Source of the DNA: Limnothrix sp. BL-A-16
GTDB lineage: Bacteria; Cyanobacteriota; Cyanobacteriia; CACIAM-69d
DNA: 64,000 nt
Direction of reading: 5' to 3'
Assembly (NCBI GenBank): GCA_041937175.2
Contig: CP166615.1
Span: forward strand, 1,216,001-1,280,000
The notes beneath the pieces are model-generated. The model saw nothing but the letters and a program-made list of their open reading frames with translations. It was not told the DNA's origin and searched no databases. Made by a program: the position numbers and the translations under genes. Positions within the stretch are counted from its first letter, which is position 1. Every line of letters begins with the position of its first letter. Positions 11,095 to 21,595 of the stretch are shown here, one piece after another.

Positions 11095-12060
11095 ATGGGC
11101 GAAATTGCTGCAAAACTCAAGTTGTCTCAACTACGAACCCTGGTGGCGATCGCCGATCGGGGAAATTTCAGCCAAGCCGCCCTGGATCTCGACATTTCCC
11201 AATCCGCTGTCAGCCACGCGATCGCCACCCTCGAAGACGAACTGGGGGCCATTTTGCTAAATCGCGGCCGCCACGGCGCAACCCTCACCGACACCGGGCG
11301 CGAAATTGCCGACAGCGCTCGCAAAATTTTGGAGCTGCTCAACGACATTGAGCGCCAGGCCAAAAACGCCCGCGGCCTCGATTCGGGCCATGTGCGCGTG
11401 GCCTGTTTTCGCAGCGTGGCCACCCACTTGTTGCCTAAGGCGATCGAGCACTTGCGCCGCCGCTACCCCGGCATCGCGATCTCCATTGATGAATACGACA
11501 CCAGCCAGGACATTGAAGAAGAACTCCGCACCGGCCGGGCAGATGTTGGTTTTGTGCTGTTGCCCGCGAGCGCTGAGTTTGAAACCTGGAACGTAATGAT
11601 GGATGAGTATTGGGCGATCGTCCCCAGTAGCGATCGGTACGCCACGGAGGTGATTGCCTGGGAAGATTTATTCTCTCGCCCGCTGATTTTGCCGCCCCGG
11701 CGATTTTTGTGTGCGCAAATTGTGCTCGATCGCTTTGCCAAGCTGGGCCTCAATGTGGAACCCAGCTACGAAGTCCGGGAAGATTCCACCATCCTGAGCA
11801 TGGTGGCCCAAGGATTGGGTGCAACAGTGATGGCCCGGCTGGCCGCAGAACCGATCCCCGCCCAGGTGCGGGCCTATCGGCTGCCCGTGCCCTTTCACCG
11901 ACATATCGGCCTGGCCATCTTGGCCAATGCGCTGCATTTGCCGCCCGTGTTTGCGGTGCGTGATGCATTGAAGGAAACGATCGCCCATTTAACGCTGCCG
12001 GGCCAACCCCGACCAGAACAGCCCTGGCCCAATCTCAAGCGATCGGGACGGTCTGCCTAA
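11095..12060 (+). CDS. LysR-family transcriptional regulator
   Basis: HTH GNFSQAALDLDISQSAVSHAIATLEDELG plus substrate-binding domain. Confidence 0.95.
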   Translation: MGEIAAKLKLSQLRTLVAIADRGNFSQAALDLDISQSAVSHAIATLEDELGAILLNRGRHGATLTDTGREIADSARKILELLNDIERQAKNARGLDSGHVRVACFRSVATHLLPKAIEHLRRRYPGIAISIDEYDTSQDIEEELRTGRADVGFVLLPASAEFETWNVMMDEYWAIVPSSDRYATEVIAWEDLFSRPLILPPRRFLCAQIVLDRFAKLGLNVEPSYEVREDSTILSMVAQGLGATVMARLAAEPIPAQVRAYRLPVPFHRHIGLAILANALHLPPVFAVRDALKETIAHLTLPGQPRPEQPWPNLKRSGRSA

Positions 12061-12122
12061 TCAGCGTTCCATTAATACAGCTAATACAGCCCAGCACACT
12101 AAACCAACACACCCAACCAATA

Positions 12123-12163
12123 AAATAGACCCCGATCACACCAGGGCGATCGGGGGTCTATTT
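12123..12163. terminator. Probable bidirectional terminator between LysR and peroxiredoxin genes
   Basis: aaatagaccccgatc ... gatcgggggtctattt stem between convergent genes. Confidence 0.7.
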
Positions 12164-12255
12164 GTTGATGTCGCTAACCGCCAGGTGGCCCTAATCCCAA
12201 GCTCAGTGATTTAGCTTGAAATTAAAAGCCACTGGAGATTAAAAACTGATTGAAA

Positions 12256-12897
12256 TTACTTGTTGGGCTGGGGAGTCATGCGCAGGTAAGGCTTGATTTC
12301 CGTCACGCCCTTGGGGAATTTCTGGCGAGCTTCCTCGGTCGGAATCGAGGGAACCACCACGCAATCGCCGCCATCTGTCCAGTCGGCGGGCGTAGCCACA
12401 CTGTAGTTATCGGTCAGTTGCAGCGAGTCAATCACACGCAACAGCTCATCAAAGTTGCGGCCGGTGCTGGCGGGATAGGTGATCGTCAAACGCAGCTTTT
12501 TGTTGGGATCGATGATGAAGACCGATCGCACCGTCAGGGTGTTACCGGTGCTGGAATTGGGGTGAATCATCCCGTACAGTTCCGACACTTTCTTATCTTC
12601 GTCGGCCAGAATCGGATAATTCAGGGTCGTGCTTTGGGTTTCTTCAATGTCGGCCGTCCAGCCATGGTGCGAATCTACGCTGTCAACGCTCAGGGCCAGC
12701 GCCTTCACATTGCGCTTGTCAAATTCACCCTTCAGTTGGGCAACGCGGCCCAGCTCGGTGGTGCAAACGGGGGTATAGTCCGCCGGGTGCGAAAACAGCA
12801 CCACCCAGCTATCGCCTGCCCAAGCGTAGAAGTCGATCGAGCCGTGGGTGGAAGCCTGCGTGAAATCGGGGACGGTATCGCCAAGTCTGAGAGTCAT
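12256..12897 (-). CDS. 1-Cys peroxiredoxin (Prx6 family)
   Basis: FSHPADYTPVCTTE, YPASTGRNFDE. Confidence 0.95.
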   Translation of the reverse strand: MTLRLGDTVPDFTQASTHGSIDFYAWAGDSWVVLFSHPADYTPVCTTELGRVAQLKGEFDKRNVKALALSVDSVDSHHGWTADIEETQSTTLNYPILADEDKKVSELYGMIHPNSSTGNTLTVRSVFIIDPNKKLRLTITYPASTGRNFDELLRVIDSLQLTDNYSVATPADWTDGGDCVVVPSIPTEEARQKFPKGVTEIKPYLRMTPQPNK

Positions 12898-12925
12898 GAT
12901 TCTTCGTTGGTCAATGATTAATTGA

Positions 12926-13092
12926 TTGACATCCTCCTCGCCCCAAAGGGTGAGGATTCCTCACCGCGCCTGAACCCAGCGAATCGGGCCGAGGTCGCTG
13001 AATGGGGTTGACGCTTCACAGGCCACCACTGGCGAACCAGTCTGACGCTGGCCTCCACGTCCGTTTAAAGTCTCGGACTGCCCGCCCGCGAC
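12926..13092 (-). ncRNA. Orphan tnpB 3'-tail / IS200-IS605 right-end (omegaRNA-like) module, copy 1
   Basis: Minus strand translates VAGGQSETLNGRGGQRQTGSPVVACEAST..., like a TnpB C-terminal tail, then GGAATCCTCACCCTTTGGGGCGAGGAGGATGTCAA; an in-frame TGA lies upstream, so no tnpB ORF. Confidence 0.7.
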
Positions 13093-13336
13093 GATGCATC
13101 AAACCAGTCAGGAGTGAATTTGCGGGCTGACGGGTCTGGGGGGCTAGAGGGGAGAGCGCCCGCAGATCATGATGCCACGAAACCCCAGTTTTCCGACCGG
13201 ATTTTCGATCTTTTTCACCCAACAGGCCCGCCAGCGGAATTCCAGGCGACAAATGCGGTTGATTCGGCTTGGCAGTTCCGCTGTAGCTAGGGCTTGTACT
13301 GCTGGAAAAATTAATGAAGCGCTTTTACGATTAGGC

Positions 13337-13404
13337 GTTCGGGTCATCCTAATCACAGCCCGGAGTAACGATCAGGTGTTCAGGTCATCCTAATCACGGC
13401 CCGG
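13337..13404. repeat. 27-nt direct repeat, period 41
   Basis: gttc(g/a)ggtcatcctaatcac(a/g)gcccgg twice. Confidence 0.75.
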
Positions 13405-13547
13405 GATGCGAATCTTGCGATCTGGATGTTCAGGATAGCAGGACTCTGTAGCGAAATTATCAGTCTTCGTAAATCTGCAATCCTTCCGGGGACAAACCGT
13501 AAAGTTCCGCAATGATCCTGAAATGTTCGCCATGCTTGCTTAAACCA

Positions 13548-14183
13548 TCATTTCGGGCAGGATGCTGAAATGCAGGCGAGGGAGAAGGTGCGCAGGGCAG
13601 CAATTTGGCTCATTTGGATTTCGTGGCCCCCATCGAGTTCCAAATAGGTGACGGTGGCATCGCGGCCTTGGAGATCGTCGCGCACTTGCCAGGCGGCTTG
13701 GATCGGGACAACGAGATCTTGGCGGCCGTGGGTTACTAGCACTTGGGGCCCCTGTTTGAGGGAGCTGACTTGCGGCAGAGCGTGGAAATAGCCGCTGAGG
13801 GAAGCAACGCCAGCCAGGGGTAGCGCTAACCCCACATCTAGGGCCATGGCTCCGCCTTGGGAAAATCCGCAAAGGACGGTTCGATCAAGCGGTATGCCCG
13901 ATCGCTCCGTGGTGGCCAACAGCCAGTTTTGGAGCTGATCTCGGCTGGCCTGCAAGCCTGGATAATCGGACGATTCCAAGTCGTACCACATGCGCCCTTC
14001 GTTGGAGTAGGGATAGGCCATGGGAGCTTGGGGAAATTCCATTTGCCAGTCCGGCAAGTTCAGCAACGGAGCCAACGCGGCCACATCATTTGCATTTGCC
14101 CCCCAACCATGAAGCGCGACCAGCATTGCCGCTGGTGTGCGGTTCGCCTCGGGGGAAATCGCGATCGCCTCTAATAAAGCCAC
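13548..14183 (-). CDS. Phospholipase/carboxylesterase (alpha/beta hydrolase)
   Basis: LHGWGAN, GFSQGG, HGRQD, GGHEI; GTG 14183 follows a GAGGAG RBS. Confidence 0.9.
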   Translation of the reverse strand: MALLEAIAISPEANRTPAAMLVALHGWGANANDVAALAPLLNLPDWQMEFPQAPMAYPYSNEGRMWYDLESSDYPGLQASRDQLQNWLLATTERSGIPLDRTVLCGFSQGGAMALDVGLALPLAGVASLSGYFHALPQVSSLKQGPQVLVTHGRQDLVVPIQAAWQVRDDLQGRDATVTYLELDGGHEIQMSQIAALRTFSLACISASCPK

Positions 14184-14239
14184 GCGACAACTCCTCGGTA
14201 GAATGAACCCGTTAAGCCTCAATCCTAACGGACTCTTCC

Positions 14240-15823
14240 ATGACGCGGACAGCCCTGCTTAGTGTTTCTGACAAAACTGGTCTAATCGAACTGGCTCGCC
14301 AACTGGTGGAACGGTTCGGCTTTACCCTGGTCAGCAGCGGTGGCACGGCTAATGCCATCAAAGCCGCAGGACTCCCCGTGACCAAGGTTTCGGACTATAC
14401 AGGCTTCCCGGAAATTTTGGGCGGCCGGGTCAAGACACTCCACCCGCGTGTGCATGGGGGAATTTTGGCCCGCACCGATTTGGAGGGCGATCGCGCTGAT
14501 TTGACTGCCAATGCGATCCCCGCGATCGATTTGGTGGTGGTGAATCTTTATCCCTTTGAGCAGACGATCGCCCGGGAAGGGGTGACGCTGCCGGAGGCGA
14601 TCGAACAAATTGATATCGGTGGCCCCGCCATGATTCGTGCCGCCGCCAAAAACCACAGCCGCGTAACAGTGCTGTGCAACCCTGCTCAATACGATCGCTA
14701 CTTACATGAGCTGAGCAGCAATGGCACGCCCTCCTTGGAATTCCGGTTGCAGTGCGCTCGCGAAGCCTTTTGGCACACGTCTACCTATGACAGCGCGATC
14801 GCCACTTACCTGAGCCAACAGGCTGACAATCCCGCCGATTTGGATCGCCCGGCCTTGGCCACTCCGGTGGAATGGGCGATCGCGGGTAAGCGGGTGCAAA
14901 GCCTGCGCTATGGCGAAAATCCCCACCAAAGCGCCGCTTGGTATCGCAGCGGCTCCACCCCCAGCGGTTGGGCGGCGGCGGAACAACTCCAAGGCAAAGA
15001 ACTGAGTTACAACAACTTGGTGGATTTGGAGTCGGCCCGGAGCCTGATTGCGGAGTTTGTGGCCGCCGATGCCCCCCCGGCGGCGGCCATTCTGAAGCAC
15101 AACAATCCCTGTGGTGTGGCCCTGGGATCGTCGGCCGATGCGCCCCTGCTGGAGGCCTATCGCAAGGCCTTGGAAGCGGATTCGATGTCAGCATTTGGCG
15201 GCATCGTGGCCCTGAACCGCCCGATCGACGCGGAAACGGCCGCCGCGCTCACGGAAACCTTCCTGGAGTGCATTGTGGCTCCTGGCTGTGATGAAGCCGC
15301 CCGCGCCTTGTTGCAGAAAAAACAAAACCTGCGAGTCCTGGTGCTGCCGGATCTGTTGGCGGGGCCCGCGGCCACGGTGAAGACGATCGCGGGCGGCTTT
15401 TTGCTCCAGGCGGCCGACGACGAACCCAGCGACCCGAACACCTGGCGCGTGGTGACGGAGAAGCAACCAACAGCGGATCAACTCGCGGAGTTGGCCTTTG
15501 CCTGGCGCGTGGTGAAGCATGTGAAGTCCAATGCGATCGTGGTGACCAGCAACCGATCGACCCTGGGGATCGGTGCGGGCCAAATGAATCGCGTGGGTTC
15601 TGTGGCGATCGCCCTCAACCAAGCGGGCGACCAAGCCCCGGGCGCTGTTTTGGCCAGCGATGGGTTCTTTCCCTTTGATGACTCGGTGCGGACGGCGGCG
15701 GCGGCGGGCATCGGGGCGATCGTCCAGCCCGGTGGCAGTGTGCGCGATGAAGACTCGATCAAAGCGGCCAATGAACTGGGTTTGGTGATGCTGATGACCG
15801 ATCGCCGCCACTTCCTGCACTAA
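14240..15823 (+). CDS. purH: AICAR transformylase/IMP cyclohydrolase
   Basis: ALLSVSDKTG, GRVKTLHP, LRYGENPHQ, ASDGFFPFDD, RHFLH. Confidence 0.97.
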   Translation: MTRTALLSVSDKTGLIELARQLVERFGFTLVSSGGTANAIKAAGLPVTKVSDYTGFPEILGGRVKTLHPRVHGGILARTDLEGDRADLTANAIPAIDLVVVNLYPFEQTIAREGVTLPEAIEQIDIGGPAMIRAAAKNHSRVTVLCNPAQYDRYLHELSSNGTPSLEFRLQCAREAFWHTSTYDSAIATYLSQQADNPADLDRPALATPVEWAIAGKRVQSLRYGENPHQSAAWYRSGSTPSGWAAAEQLQGKELSYNNLVDLESARSLIAEFVAADAPPAAAILKHNNPCGVALGSSADAPLLEAYRKALEADSMSAFGGIVALNRPIDAETAAALTETFLECIVAPGCDEAARALLQKKQNLRVLVLPDLLAGPAATVKTIAGGFLLQAADDEPSDPNTWRVVTEKQPTADQLAELAFAWRVVKHVKSNAIVVTSNRSTLGIGAGQMNRVGSVAIALNQAGDQAPGAVLASDGFFPFDDSVRTAAAAGIGAIVQPGGSVRDEDSIKAANELGLVMLMTDRRHFLH

Positions 15824-15903
15824 CGGTTGTTCAGTCTGCTCCGAAGCCATCCCCAAGTTCGGCCGATCGCTGACCGCACCACTCGCTGACTACATCATCG
15901 AAG

Positions 15904-15926
15904 GCAAGGGGCTTAAGCCCCTTGTC
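15904..15926. repeat. REP-like palindrome, solo copy
   Basis: gcaaggggcttaagccccttgtc between convergent genes. Confidence 0.85.
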
Positions 15927-15976
15927 TAGTCGTGGTTAGCGTTGATTGATGGGTTCAGGTTTGGTGTATTTGATCC

Positions 15977-17359
15977 CTACTGGGGCAGCGGGGCCACATT
16001 GTTATTGGCTGCAATCCGATTCCGAAGCATGGTTACAGCCCGCGTGTATTGGGGATCGCTCTCGGTGGCCAACAGCCGCCCGCCATTGGAGAACAGATAA
16101 TATTCCTGCTCATCCGATAGCTTGATTTCCACATCGGGGCTGATGCCGGTTTTGTTAATGTCCGTGCCAGCGGGGGTGTAGTAATGGGCGATCGTGACGG
16201 CTAAACCCGAACCATCACCCAAACTATGCACCGATTGAACCAGGGCCTTGCCAAAGGTTTGGCTTCCCACCACGATCGCCCGGCGGTTGTCCTTCAGCGC
16301 CCCGGTCAGAATTTCGCTAGCACTGGCGGAATTGCCATCCACCAACACCGCCAGCGGCAAGCTAGTGAGGGATGTGCGATTTGCCCGGGCGGCTTGGCTG
16401 TTTCCTGCGCGATCGGTTGTGCTGACAATGCTGCCGGCATCGAGCCACATGCGTGCAATCTCAATGCTGGCGTTCAAAAGACCGCCCGGATTGCCGCGCA
16501 GATCCAACACAAACGCTTCGGCCTGCTTGCCCTTCAAATCCTCGATCGCCCGCTCCATCTGCTCGGCCGCATGGGCGCTGAACTCATTGAGGCGGATATA
16601 GCCTACCCGAATGCCCGATTCCGTTTGTAGGTTCGATCGGACGATCGGCACTTCAATCCGGGCACGGGTTAAGGACACCGAAAACGGCGCACCCCCCGCC
16701 CGCTGAATTTCCAGCTTCACCGCCGTGCCCGCCTGGCCCCGAATCAAGCTAGAAGCCTTTTCGGGAGACATGTCCTTGGTGGCTTGCCCATCGATCGTCA
16801 AGATCAGATCTCCTGCCTTCAAACCGGCCCGAGTGGCCGGTGAGTTGGGCATTGGCTCCACCACTTGCAAATGCTTCGTCTTGTCATCTACCCCCATCCG
16901 AATCCCAATCCCCGACAGCTCGCCGGCCGTTTGATTGGTCAGCTCCTCAAACTGCTCAGGAGTCATGAAGCGGGTATAGGGATCGTTCAGCAGCTTAATC
17001 GCCTTGCGCAGGGCTTCGTAGGCTTCATCCCGCGATGTATATTGGCGGCTCAGCAGGTCTTGGCGGATGGCTTGCCAATCATTTTGGTTAAACTGCCCAT
17101 CCACATATTCACGGTTGATGATTTGCCAAGCTTCATCCACGATTTGCTTGGGGCTGTCTTGAAATTGGCCGGGTTCTGGGGCGGGCGGTTCCCGGTCTTG
17201 GCTGAAGGCCGGCAAACTCAGGGCCGGATGAAGCAGGGCAACGCTGGCCGCCGCGATCGCCACCTTTACGCCCAGGCTCTTGGGCGATCGCCGCCAATCA
17301 AACCAATGACGCGAAACCGACGAGACAGCGGGCATAGATTTGGGATCAACCTGGGGCAT
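15977..17359 (-). CDS. Carboxyl-terminal processing protease (S41, CtpB-like); start uncertain
   Basis: DPYTRFM, PDZ domain, DLRGNPGG, SASASEI, TFGKALVQ. Confidence 0.92.
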   Translation of the reverse strand: MPQVDPKSMPAVSSVSRHWFDWRRSPKSLGVKVAIAAASVALLHPALSLPAFSQDREPPAPEPGQFQDSPKQIVDEAWQIINREYVDGQFNQNDWQAIRQDLLSRQYTSRDEAYEALRKAIKLLNDPYTRFMTPEQFEELTNQTAGELSGIGIRMGVDDKTKHLQVVEPMPNSPATRAGLKAGDLILTIDGQATKDMSPEKASSLIRGQAGTAVKLEIQRAGGAPFSVSLTRARIEVPIVRSNLQTESGIRVGYIRLNEFSAHAAEQMERAIEDLKGKQAEAFVLDLRGNPGGLLNASIEIARMWLDAGSIVSTTDRAGNSQAARANRTSLTSLPLAVLVDGNSASASEILTGALKDNRRAIVVGSQTFGKALVQSVHSLGDGSGLAVTIAHYYTPAGTDINKTGISPDVEIKLSDEQEYYLFSNGGRLLATESDPQYTRAVTMLRNRIAANNNVAPLPQ

Positions 17360-17550
17360 ACGGCCAACGTTTTTGAGTGAAATCAAGGGGATACAAAACC
17401 AGCATCCAGCAATATTGGGGAGTTATGGCAGGATGGCTGATAGATGATTGCTATTCATCATAGAGCGCCGATCGGGAACCGTGGGTGACTCCAGACACCG
17501 ATCGAATCGCCACATTCAATCCCGAATGGATCTCTAACGGGTAGTTGACC

Positions 17551-18465
17551 ATGATTTGGAAACGTACTCAGCCCCCCGAATCGCCATCCCCCCAGGTTGC
17601 TCGATCGACCCCATCCCCTTCATCGACCCTATCCAGTTCGCCCGCATCAACCACAGCATCAACCGCAGCCCTGAGCCGATCGCTCCGGCGGCTGCAATGG
17701 TTGGGCCACCTCACCAACGGGGCGATCGCCCTGATCGCGATCGGGGGCATCGTCTTCCTGCAACAGACCACTATCCAACGCGCCCCCCAGGGGTTGGAAG
17801 ATCCCGTTTTGGCTCAGGATCGCACCCGCACGCAATTGCAACTGGCGGCCCGAATGCCCAGCCTCGGGTTTGATAATTTGCTGGCCAATTGGGCGTTTTT
17901 AAGCTATTTGCAATATTTCGGAGATACGGAAGTTCGCCAGGCCACGGGCTACACCGCCAATGAAGATTACTTTGAGCTAATGACCCTGCGGGATCCCCGA
18001 TTCACCACGTTGGCTCCTTTCATTTCGGCGGGTGTGGCGTACTATGCGGGCAAGCCGGAAAAGTCCGTGGCCCTCATGAACCGGATGACCGATGTGCTGG
18101 ATCCCAAGCACCAACCCGATGCCTTTTGGGTTTGGCGCTTCAAGGCGTTTGATCAATACCTGTTGCTGAATGACATTCCGGCCACCGTGGCTTCCCTGGA
18201 AATGGCGGGTCGCTGGGCGGCCATGACCTCAAAATATCGGCGGGTGGCCCCGTTTTTCCAAGAAACAGCGGACTTTCTGCGCCGGGATCCCAACACGTTG
18301 GCGGTGCGGTTTTACGCCTGGAATGAGGTTTATCAAGCGGCGGTCGATCGTCTGGTGATTCAGCGAGCTGAGCAGGAATTGTTAGCCATGGGAGCCAAGC
18401 GGGGCCAACGGCTGCCCAATGGTCGATCGCAGTTTTTGCCGCCGCCCGGTGTCATTGCGCGTTAA
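17551..18465 (+). CDS. Hypothetical membrane-anchored protein
   Basis: Ser/Pro-rich N-terminus, one TM, PSLGFDNLLANWAFLSYLQYFGD block. Confidence 0.8.
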   Translation: MIWKRTQPPESPSPQVARSTPSPSSTLSSSPASTTASTAALSRSLRRLQWLGHLTNGAIALIAIGGIVFLQQTTIQRAPQGLEDPVLAQDRTRTQLQLAARMPSLGFDNLLANWAFLSYLQYFGDTEVRQATGYTANEDYFELMTLRDPRFTTLAPFISAGVAYYAGKPEKSVALMNRMTDVLDPKHQPDAFWVWRFKAFDQYLLLNDIPATVASLEMAGRWAAMTSKYRRVAPFFQETADFLRRDPNTLAVRFYAWNEVYQAAVDRLVIQRAEQELLAMGAKRGQRLPNGRSQFLPPPGVIAR

Positions 18466-18476
18466 AACGAGCCGTA

Positions 18477-18624
18477 GGGCTTGTCGTTAATCGTGGGGAC
18501 AAGGGGCTTAAGCCCCTTGTCGCGGTTGGTTGTGGGAGCAAGGGGCTTAAACCCCTTGTCGCGGTTGGTTAGGGTATGGAAGATTAACCGTTTTCACTGG
18601 ATCCTAGGAAATGACGACCAGCCC
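18477..18624. mobile_element. MITE family B, copy 1, with two internal REP-like palindromes (period 39)
   Basis: TA|GGGCTTGTCGTTA ... TGACGACCAGCCC|TG; body homologous (inverted) to 61123-61341. Confidence 0.75.
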
Positions 18625-18678
18625 TGGTCTATTAATCGTCCCGATCGCCTCAATCACCTGATCAACCTAGATCGCCCT

Positions 18679-19398
18679 ATGCAGCCATTTCGTCGAAAAA
18701 TTGGGCTGATTACCGCTGGCCTGTTGACCTTGGGGGGCCTGTGGTGGGGCGGGCGGCTGTTGGTGGCGGCTTCGGGCCCGCCGGAAGTGCTGTGGGTGCT
18801 GGGAGGCAGCATTCGGCGCGAAATGGCGGCGGTTCAGTGGGCGGCGGCCCATCCCCAACAACGGGTGCTAATTTCCGGGGGTTCCAAGCCCCCCTGCGTG
18901 AAGGCGCTGTTCGATCGCGCTGGTGTGAAGGGCGATCGCGTTTGGCTGGAGCAATGCGCCCAATCCACGTTTGGGAACTGCTATTGGAGTCTGCCAATTT
19001 TGCAGCGTTGGGGCACCAAACGGGTAATTCTGATGACCTCCGGTTCCCACCAATGGCGAGCCGGAGCCATGGCCCGTCTCATTCTGGGCAGTCACGGTAT
19101 TTGGGTGGATGTGGTGACCGTGCCGGAAACCGGTGTGCCTGCCAACCAAGAAAACCCGCTGAAAACCGTTTTGGATGTGGGGCGCGCGGGTGCTTGGGCG
19201 ATCGGTAGCCAGTGGAATAGCCCCCAGTGCCAACAGGTAGGGCACTTGGAGCAGGTGAATATTGCCGCTTGGTGTCAGCGAGCGTTTCGCTGTGAATATC
19301 AAGCGGGGCTATCTAAAATTTGTGCGCGATCGAGCCAGGGATTGCCCCAACCCGATCGCGCACCTTCAGCGACTCCTCAATCACCATCAACCCGCTAG
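18679..19398 (+). CDS. YdcF/DUF218 family protein
   Basis: WVLGGS, LISGGS, STFGN, TSGSHQWRA; the upstream ORF extension is MITE sequence. Confidence 0.85.
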   Translation: MQPFRRKIGLITAGLLTLGGLWWGGRLLVAASGPPEVLWVLGGSIRREMAAVQWAAAHPQQRVLISGGSKPPCVKALFDRAGVKGDRVWLEQCAQSTFGNCYWSLPILQRWGTKRVILMTSGSHQWRAGAMARLILGSHGIWVDVVTVPETGVPANQENPLKTVLDVGRAGAWAIGSQWNSPQCQQVGHLEQVNIAAWCQRAFRCEYQAGLSKICARSSQGLPQPDRAPSATPQSPSTR

Positions 19399-19484
19399 GG
19401 ATTCGCGCGGCTCAACAACGGATCGATTGAAGCTTGTTGAGGCTTGTTGAATCCAGCCGATCGCGATCGGATCGAGATCAGTGG

Positions 19485-21443
19485 TTAGTTGGACTGCTGA
19501 TTCAAGTAAGCGGCGATCGCCTCATTGATCAACGCGGTGGCTGACTGCCCCCGATCGGCGGCCAGGGCCTGCACCGACTTGTACAGCTCATCGCGAATGC
19601 CAATGCGATGACGGGGAGCGGCGCTGCCGTTGCTGGCTTGCCCCTGACCGTTCTTCTCCGCCTTGGCATCGATCGGGCGATAGGCCTGCATAAAGTGCCG
19701 CAGCGTATCAAACCCCACCCGATGGCAGAAATCACCAAAGCTTTCGCCCGGTTCGCGCGATCGCTTGAAGTAAACCAAAATCGGCTCTAGGAACGATTCC
19801 AGATCCGTATCCTTCATCCGTTCCGTAAACGTTTGGGCTAGGCGGGTTTGGCTAGGAGAACCCCCGAGCCACACTTGGTAGGCATTGGGCGCGCTGCCCA
19901 CAAAACCCAACTCAGCCATGTAGGGCCGAGCACAGCCGTTGGGGCAACCGGTCATCCGAATCACGAAGGATTCATCACCCAAGCCCAAGCGCTCCATCAG
20001 CGATCGAATGCGTTCCACAAAGCCCGGCAGGGCCCGCTCCGATTCGGTGATCGCCAGGCCGCAGGTGGGCATGGCCGGGCAAGCCATCGCCAGCCGCTCT
20101 AGGGGATCAATTTGCTCGATCGCCCAAACCCCGCAGTCGGTCAGGATTTTCTCAATGGCGGCGCGATCGCCCGGCTTGATGTCATAGAACAGCACATTCT
20201 GATGGGGAGTCAGCAACATCGGCAACTGGAACTGTTTCACAATTTGCCGCAGGGCCGATCGCAGCTTGAAAGTACCCTGGTCATGCACCCGCCCATTTTG
20301 GATCGACAGGCCCAAGAACAACTGGCCATCGCCCTGTTCGTGCCAGCCCAAGAAGTCCTCATAGCGCCAAGCGGGCAGGGGGCGTGCCGGTTCCAGCTTC
20401 TTGCCCAAGTAATCTTCCACATGGTCGCGGAACTTGGCCACGCCCCAATCGTGCAGCAGGTACTTCATCCGGGAGTGACGACGATCGAAGCGATCGCCAT
20501 AATCCCGTTGCACCGCCACGATCGCCTTCACCAGTCCATAGACATCCGCCGCCGCCACAAAGCCAATTTCATCGGCAATGCGGGCGAAGGTTTCTTCCTT
20601 GTTGTGGGTGCGGCCCAAACCGCCACCGGCATAGACATTGAACCCTTCCAATTCCCCTTGCTCATTGGTGATCACCACCAAGCTCAAGTCCTGGGAAAAC
20701 AGATCCACGGAGTTATCCCCCGGAACCGTCACCGCGCATTTGAATTTACGGGGCATGTAGGTTGCTCCGTAAATCGGCTCTTCCGTGTCCAGGCGCATGG
20801 GCGTGGAGCCGTTGCTTTGGCGGGCCGCCTTCACGGCCGGGTCTTCTTCGGCGGAAATGGCCTTTTCCCCATCCAGCCAAATTTCGTAGTAAGCCCCCGT
20901 TTGCGGCGTGAGCAAGTCCGCAATGTTGTTGGCATAGGCCAGCGCCAGTTGATACTCAGGGCGGTTTTTGTAGGGCGCGGGCGGGGCCATCACGTTGCGG
21001 TTCAGGTCGCCGCAAGCGCCGAGGGTTGACCCCATGCTGTTGACGATCGCGGCGATCGTGGCTTTCAGGTTCTTTTTGAGAATCCCGTGCAACTGAAAGC
21101 CCTGACGGGTTGTGGCGCGCAGGGTTTCGTTGCCATATTCACTGGCCAGGCGATCGAGCGTCAGATACAGTTGCGGCGGGATGAACCCTCCCGGACTGCG
21201 GGTGCGCAACATCATCTGATAGGGCTTTTCCTGGCCCGGCTTTTGCAGGTCTCGATCGACCTGTTGATAGGAGCCGTGGAATTTCAGGATTTGAATTGCA
21301 TCATTGGAAAAATAATTGGTGTCCAGCAACAGTTCCGACGCAACGGGTTCCCGGAGAAAGTTGCTTCGTTCTTTGAGTCCTTCAACTTTCGAGAGACGAG
21401 TTTCGGTGGGTGCAGCAACCGGCGAGCTAGCAGATTTGGCCAT
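19485..21443 (-). CDS. sir: Ferredoxin-dependent sulfite reductase with C-terminal RHH-like tail
   Basis: [41 protein letters not shown]. Confidence 0.95.
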   Translation of the reverse strand: MAKSASSPVAAPTETRLSKVEGLKERSNFLREPVASELLLDTNYFSNDAIQILKFHGSYQQVDRDLQKPGQEKPYQMMLRTRSPGGFIPPQLYLTLDRLASEYGNETLRATTRQGFQLHGILKKNLKATIAAIVNSMGSTLGACGDLNRNVMAPPAPYKNRPEYQLALAYANNIADLLTPQTGAYYEIWLDGEKAISAEEDPAVKAARQSNGSTPMRLDTEEPIYGATYMPRKFKCAVTVPGDNSVDLFSQDLSLVVITNEQGELEGFNVYAGGGLGRTHNKEETFARIADEIGFVAAADVYGLVKAIVAVQRDYGDRFDRRHSRMKYLLHDWGVAKFRDHVEDYLGKKLEPARPLPAWRYEDFLGWHEQGDGQLFLGLSIQNGRVHDQGTFKLRSALRQIVKQFQLPMLLTPHQNVLFYDIKPGDRAAIEKILTDCGVWAIEQIDPLERLAMACPAMPTCGLAITESERALPGFVERIRSLMERLGLGDESFVIRMTGCPNGCARPYMAELGFVGSAPNAYQVWLGGSPSQTRLAQTFTERMKDTDLESFLEPILVYFKRSREPGESFGDFCHRVGFDTLRHFMQAYRPIDAKAEKNGQGQASNGSAAPRHRIGIRDELYKSVQALAADRGQSATALINEAIAAYLNQQSN

Positions 21444-21595
21444 GAGTCCAGCAGTGGCAAATAAGGGGGGATTGAATGCCCCGTAAGTCGATCGAGATAT
21501 CGGAGAATTGATACTCCATCCTACCATTGGCTCGGTAGGATCCACGATCCATCACTATTCACTGTAGGGCTTAGGCGGGTTGAGTTGCGCGGATG

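Noticed and set aside
13016..13393. Remnant tnpB or tnpA coding sequence upstream of the omegaRNA-like module
   Set aside because: No RuvC, zinc-finger or HUH motifs in the local ORFs; no left end recognised.
18481..18678. N-terminal extension of YdcF and short ORFs containing RGLSPL/KGLKPL (41207, 41315, 46198, 46247, 53723)
   Set aside because: Translations of the palindrome and MITE repeats.
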